A stretch of DNA of 64,000 nucleotides. Origin: Lama guanicoe. Taxonomy: Eukaryota. The position numbers and the translations under genes are program-made. The stretch is from NCBI GenBank assembly GCA_013239625.1, contig MU053561.1:2558283-2622282 (forward strand), written 5' to 3'. The notes below the pieces were generated by a model. It did no database searches, was not told where the DNA came from, and worked only from the letters and a program-made list of their open reading frames with translations. Each line of letters opens with the position of its first letter. The first letter of the stretch is position 1. Below are positions 59,345 to 64,000 of this stretch, piece by piece.

Positions 59345-59775
59345 CAGTTCTTAACCTGGGTCCACATGGGAGATTAAACGGTCCATAAGCTTGGGTGAAA
59401 AAAGCCCTTACAGCTTTATTTTCACAAATCTTAATGGAAATTTAGTATTTTCTTCAGTCATAAATGTAGACAACAACCCATAGCTATTTTCCCATCACAT
59501 CTATTGCAGGTATCTTAAAATATTGTTCATGGTCATCACCACTTTGCAGTTTGGTGTTTAAGAGACCACCTCTAGATCTTGTTACGTGGTGCATAAATAA
59601 AGGAGTAGTAAGTGACTACATCAATTTATTTTAAAATATTTTGATAACTGGATTTCAATATGATTGATTTTCCCAATAATCTTAAGCATTTTAATGTAGG
59701 CACTTAAAAGTTCTTCTGAGATGGGGTCTATGGGCTTCACCAGATGCTAAAAGAACCTGTAGCATTAAAAAGCAC
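59345..59775. mobile_element. hAT-Charlie-like DNA transposon remnant
   Basis: CAGTTCTTAACCTGGGTCCA start and GGGGTCTATGGGCTTCACCAGA near the end. Confidence 0.5.
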
Positions 59776-60481
59776 CTACTGCCTGTTGTCTGCTTGGAAA
59801 CGATTGCGTTCCCTGCCCAGCTCACCTGTTCTCCCTTCCACCCCCCAATCTGCCCTCTGTCCAGCCTGTTCAAACAGGTACAAATGCCCCTGGGCCGACT
59901 GAGGTCCTTTCAGATGCCCCTCAGCAGAGCTGAGTGAATCTTCCTGACTCTTCTTGGTAGCCAATTCCCACTTCAGTTCACAGCTAAAGTCCAGAACCTT
60001 CTTTTATGTTAACTTACATTAACTTACATTAACCTAAAACTACTAAGCACTCTCATGACCTTTCCTTCCATCCAGCCACAAACCCAAGGCACACTTATCG
60101 AGACAAGCTCAAACATCAGGCAAACCTTAAGGTCACCTCTCAGTCTGGGGAGTCAAACCTCTTGCTCTCTCCACGGACAGGTTAGCTCAAGAAGATAAGG
60201 TAAAGCCAGGGCCAGCAAACCAGCAGACCAGGCAAGACACACAAATGTGAAAACCAGCGGGGTCAGGTTACCATGGGACTCAACCAAACATAGCACCTCC
60301 TGGGACTCAAGGATGTCTAGGTGAGCCAAGAACATCATCAACAGTCAAAAATGACTGCCAGCACCAGAGATGTGTGGCATCATTTTTCCTATAGGGGGCC
60401 AAATTGTCCCATTTTATCACCCATCGGTCTCCGTTTGACTGGCCCCACGATGATAGTAATGTACAGAATTATGATACTTAC

Positions 60482-60524
60482 TCAGAATGAGAAAAAAAGA
60501 TGCCACATGCAGGATGAGTGCCAT
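60482..60524 (-). CDS. CD101: CD101 coding exon 1 (signal peptide, 43 coding nt)
   Basis: ccaaATGGCACTCATC...ATTCTGA|gtaagt = MALILHVASFFLIL(T); hydrophobic leader, phase 1 fits exon 2. Confidence 0.92.
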
Positions 60525-60770
60525 TTGGACCAGTATAGACCTTTCCCGGCGGTGTCACTGACGGTGCTCAGACGCTGAGTGACAAATGGCTGTGTTCTCA
60601 GTACAAAGAGGAAGCAATAGTGTGGTTTTCAGCCCACTGAGAAACAGAGATGGCTTGCAAAAAGCAACGCTGGTTGCTTTAGGTGGTTCTTTGCTAATCA
60701 TTCAAATTTGGGTGGGAAAAGTGAGTTATCTTCAGGGGTAGGTAAACTAAAGAGGAAGCTCAGAGAAGAT
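60525..60770 (-). promoter_or_regulatory. CD101 proximal promoter with ETS/PU.1 and RUNX motifs
   Basis: AAAGAGGAAGC at 60605-60615 next to TGTGGTT at 60621-60627; second AAAGAGGAAGC at 60749-60759; immediately upstream of the ATG. Confidence 0.55.
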
Positions 60771-63700
60771 GGGCTTCCTCCTGGCTAAATATATACCATT
60801 AGGTAATAATGGAGGAATTTAAGTAAACAGAATAAATTAAAAACAAGCAGCAGTGGTATCTTCTTATCTCTTACTTTGCCTCCCACCTTGGGAGAGGAAA
60901 GAACTAAGAAACAAGAGAAGCGCCCCTGAAAACACGAACTTGGGGAGACATGAGGTGATGAGGTCACGCTTAGAGTCAGGCTGCCTGGCACACAGATTCT
61001 ATTCTTAATAGCTGATCTTAGAAAAGTTCATTCATCTTTTCTAACCCTCAACTCCAAAATGGAAATACTAATAGTATATAACCTGCAAGATTGCTATGAG
61101 AATTGGAAAAGAAACAAAAAAAGATTGCTCTGAGAACTGAATGAACGAATTCGCTTAAAGCACTTAGAACGTTATCTAGTACATAGGCAGTGCTCCATGA
61201 GTATCAGAGACAGCTAAGTGAATCTTCATCTGCCCAGTGTGGGCCTGGGCACCAAGGATGGAGGGGAGTGACCACTGTAACAGCTGACACTCAACCCAGG
61301 CCAACTTAATCCTTCCTCCAAGACAAGACCGTACAAGGGATGAGCTCACTGAAGACGTTAGTTCCCGAGGATAAGCCTCTATTTACACAGGTCAGTAACA
61401 ACCCGGTCTGCTTCAGGCCACAGTTACGGCAGATCCCTGCTCCATCCATCCACCCATCCGACATGCCGTGGTAGGTGCTACATGTACATAGATATTAACA
61501 ACTCAGTCTTTGCTCTCAGGAAACCTCCACTTAATCAGATAATCACAACATAATTTTGCAAGCACAACCATCAGTGCAGCCCCTAAAGGGTGTGGGGGAG
61601 TTAGTGGGCGGGAGGGAAGCCCAGGATCACCAGGCCAAAGGAGACAACCAGGGAGAAAGGGGGCCAAGGTACGGTGGGGAGAAATAGCCCAGCATGGATA
61701 ATGGCACAGCAGCTGAGCCCGTGCGTTGCAGTAAAGCTTGAGGCTGGTGTGAAGGGAGAAGGGTCTCAGCAGGTCGGCTAGGGGAGACCTTAGCTGGCCA
61801 TGCACGCTGGGCCTAAGAGCTTGGCTTTAACCTTGTAGAAAAGGGAAGCTATTCAGAGAGTTTGGTTTTTTTCAAGTAGGAGAATGGCCTGGTCTTATTT
61901 TCCCTTTAAACTGAAGTACCAAGATGAGGAAGGGAGGTAAGGCTAGAAGCAGGAAGGCCAGTTACAAGCTTTTTGCAGTTTTCTGTGGGAGCAATGATGA
62001 CTGTTAACATCCTACAGATCAAAGCAAGTCACAGGGCCAAGTCCAAATGCAAGAGATGGCTTAATAGACTCCATCTCTTTAGTGAAGGGAACTGCACAGT
62101 GACAGGGCAAAAGGAGAGGGAAAGAACTGGGGCCAGCAGTGCAATCAGTCTGCTACATGCACTGAAAAGAGAATTTAGAAATAAGTGTTGCCAACAGAGG
62201 CAATCATTGCCAATAATACAGCGTACCCTATATTCTTGAAATACATACAGCTAAGTAAATGCTATGCAATTTCTCATTCTTGGCTGTTGCCAAAATTTTT
62301 TTTCCCTCCTTCCATTTTAGTGGCTCCATTTCTGCCAAAATTTAACATTGACAGGGTGATGTTGCTTCTTTTCTGGAGGGAAAAAAAAGAAGCTTTCTGT
62401 TATCAAAGGGGGGAAAAAGAGAGAAAAAAATAGAGCTAGCGAGAGAGACAGTTATTCTATTACCTTGGGAATCACTGCAGCACATTGCAATTGTATCAGT
62501 TGAAAGGAATGTAAAAATGGAATTCCTGGTTCAGATCGACGGAGTGCTGGACAAAGCAACACGAGCATGTACTAAAGAAAAAAAAATCTGTTTCAGTTCC
62601 TAGAAGATTAATGAAAAGTGATGTATTTTTTTTTCAGGTTTGACATGCTTAAATATGAATTCCACAAAATCATAGAAACTGTAAGTATCTTGATCTCCTG
62701 TCCTAAGCATTCAGGCCCAAGAAACATTTAAATGGGGACTTTTTACATGGAAGGTGCTGTGCAAGGCATTTTCACATATTCAGTGTTACAGAAGAACTCA
62801 CATCATTATGTGACAGGCATTACTAATCCCATTTTACAGATGAGAAAACTGAGGCTTAGAGGAATCAACTAATCTAGACAAGATTGTATTGCCAGGAAAT
62901 GGATGCATTCTACGGCTGCCTTCTTACTTTTGGCTCTGGGCTCTACTGAACTTTCTAACTTTGCCATCCATGATCTTCAGAAAGCAGAATGTGTAGGACA
63001 ATGAGTGACTGGAGGATGGAAAAGAAAACCCTGAAAGGGTCAGCAGGATGCTGATCATGATTTTGCCCCTTTCCCTACTTGACCTGCTAGAGTGATCTGA
63101 AATGTGAAAATATCTATGCACTCTCCCCATTAAAGGTTTTCAGTGGCTCCCCAAATATTTCTAGACAATCAAGTCCAAACTCCTTGCCCTGACCTTTACA
63201 AGCTGGCCCCTCAGATCTCTCCCACAACCTCACCCTGCAGACAGAATCACTGTATTTCTCTGAACGTGTCCTTACCATCCTTTCTCTAACTCTCCATATG
63301 CTATTATTCCCCTCTGCTTAGAGCCTTTCCTACCTGGCAGATGTTTACTCACTAAAAAAATTTTAAATCTAGGTTTGCATCTCCTATGTGAAACCTTTCT
63401 TGACACCTTAGAGAGTTCACCCTCTCCTGTATGCTATGTCAGAGAAATAATAATAATTTTACTTGTTACTTGTAATGAAATGAATTCTTTACATGCCTCC
63501 CTCTCCTACAAGACCATAAACTTCCTAAGGGCAGAGGCCAGTTCTTACTCATCTTTCTACTTCTTCAACAGGTACTGAATGCCTAAAATCTCCAGGCATG
63601 GCAGCTGGTACAGTGATTTAGACCATGTACAGACTCTGGAGTCAGAAAGATCTGGGTTCACATCTGAAGCAAATTAGTTTGTCTCAATCTCCTCAAATAT

Positions 63701-64000
63701 GAGAATGGGGACAGTAAAAGGAGAAATCCCATTATCTGACACAATTAGAGCTGTTAGTTTATCGATTAACAGAAAATGTCAGGTAAAGTTGGGAATCATT
63801 AAAAAGACTCCTCTGTATCTCAAAATTTGTGTTTTCAGCTCAATTATATACCTGAATATTCATTCACCAATCTCTAGACACAGGCCCAGGTCTTTCCTTT
63901 GAGTACTGGTCTGTTGTCTGGAGTCTCCTATGACTTTTTTTTGCATAAAGCAAACCTATGTCTTTTCTACAACTTTCAGCTTTGATTTCTTTAAAAAGGG

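Noticed and set aside
60009..60033. Short direct repeat TTAACTTACA x2 (similarly TTCCACTGCA x2 near 45067)
   Set aside because: Ordinary 10-bp slippage duplications

Overview
Mammalian genomic DNA, not prokaryotic. The abundant tRNA-Ala-like SINE and the L1 3' ends suggest a camelid (inference). Two genes lie in tandem on the minus strand. CD101 (IGSF2/EWI-101) has a complete coding region: 9 coding exons across 60524->29670, 3060 nt, 1019 aa, comprising a signal peptide, seven V-type Ig domains, a TM helix and a short tail. TTF2 is represented by its first four coding exons (9997->554, N-terminal GRF-type Zn finger), which start in a CpG-island promoter and run off the left edge. All 13 exons have GT-AG boundaries with consistent phase. 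The rest is intronic or intergenic and rich in repeats: 12 tRNA-derived SINEs, young and old L1 pieces, an MLT1 LTR, hAT remnants, and MIR/L2. The most unusual structures are retrotransposon-derived: (i) a near-perfect 6x65-bp tandem array made of a minimal L1 3' tail plus its target-site duplication in TTF2 intron 3; (ii) a young L1 with an open ORF2 C-terminus and a 46-bp TSD, nested in a SINE that is nested in an older L1; (iii) a head-to-head SINE pair about 24 bp apart. Also noted are a strong CTCF motif between the genes and signs of a divergent spliced transcript from the TTF2 promoter. I found no convincing novel protein-coding system.
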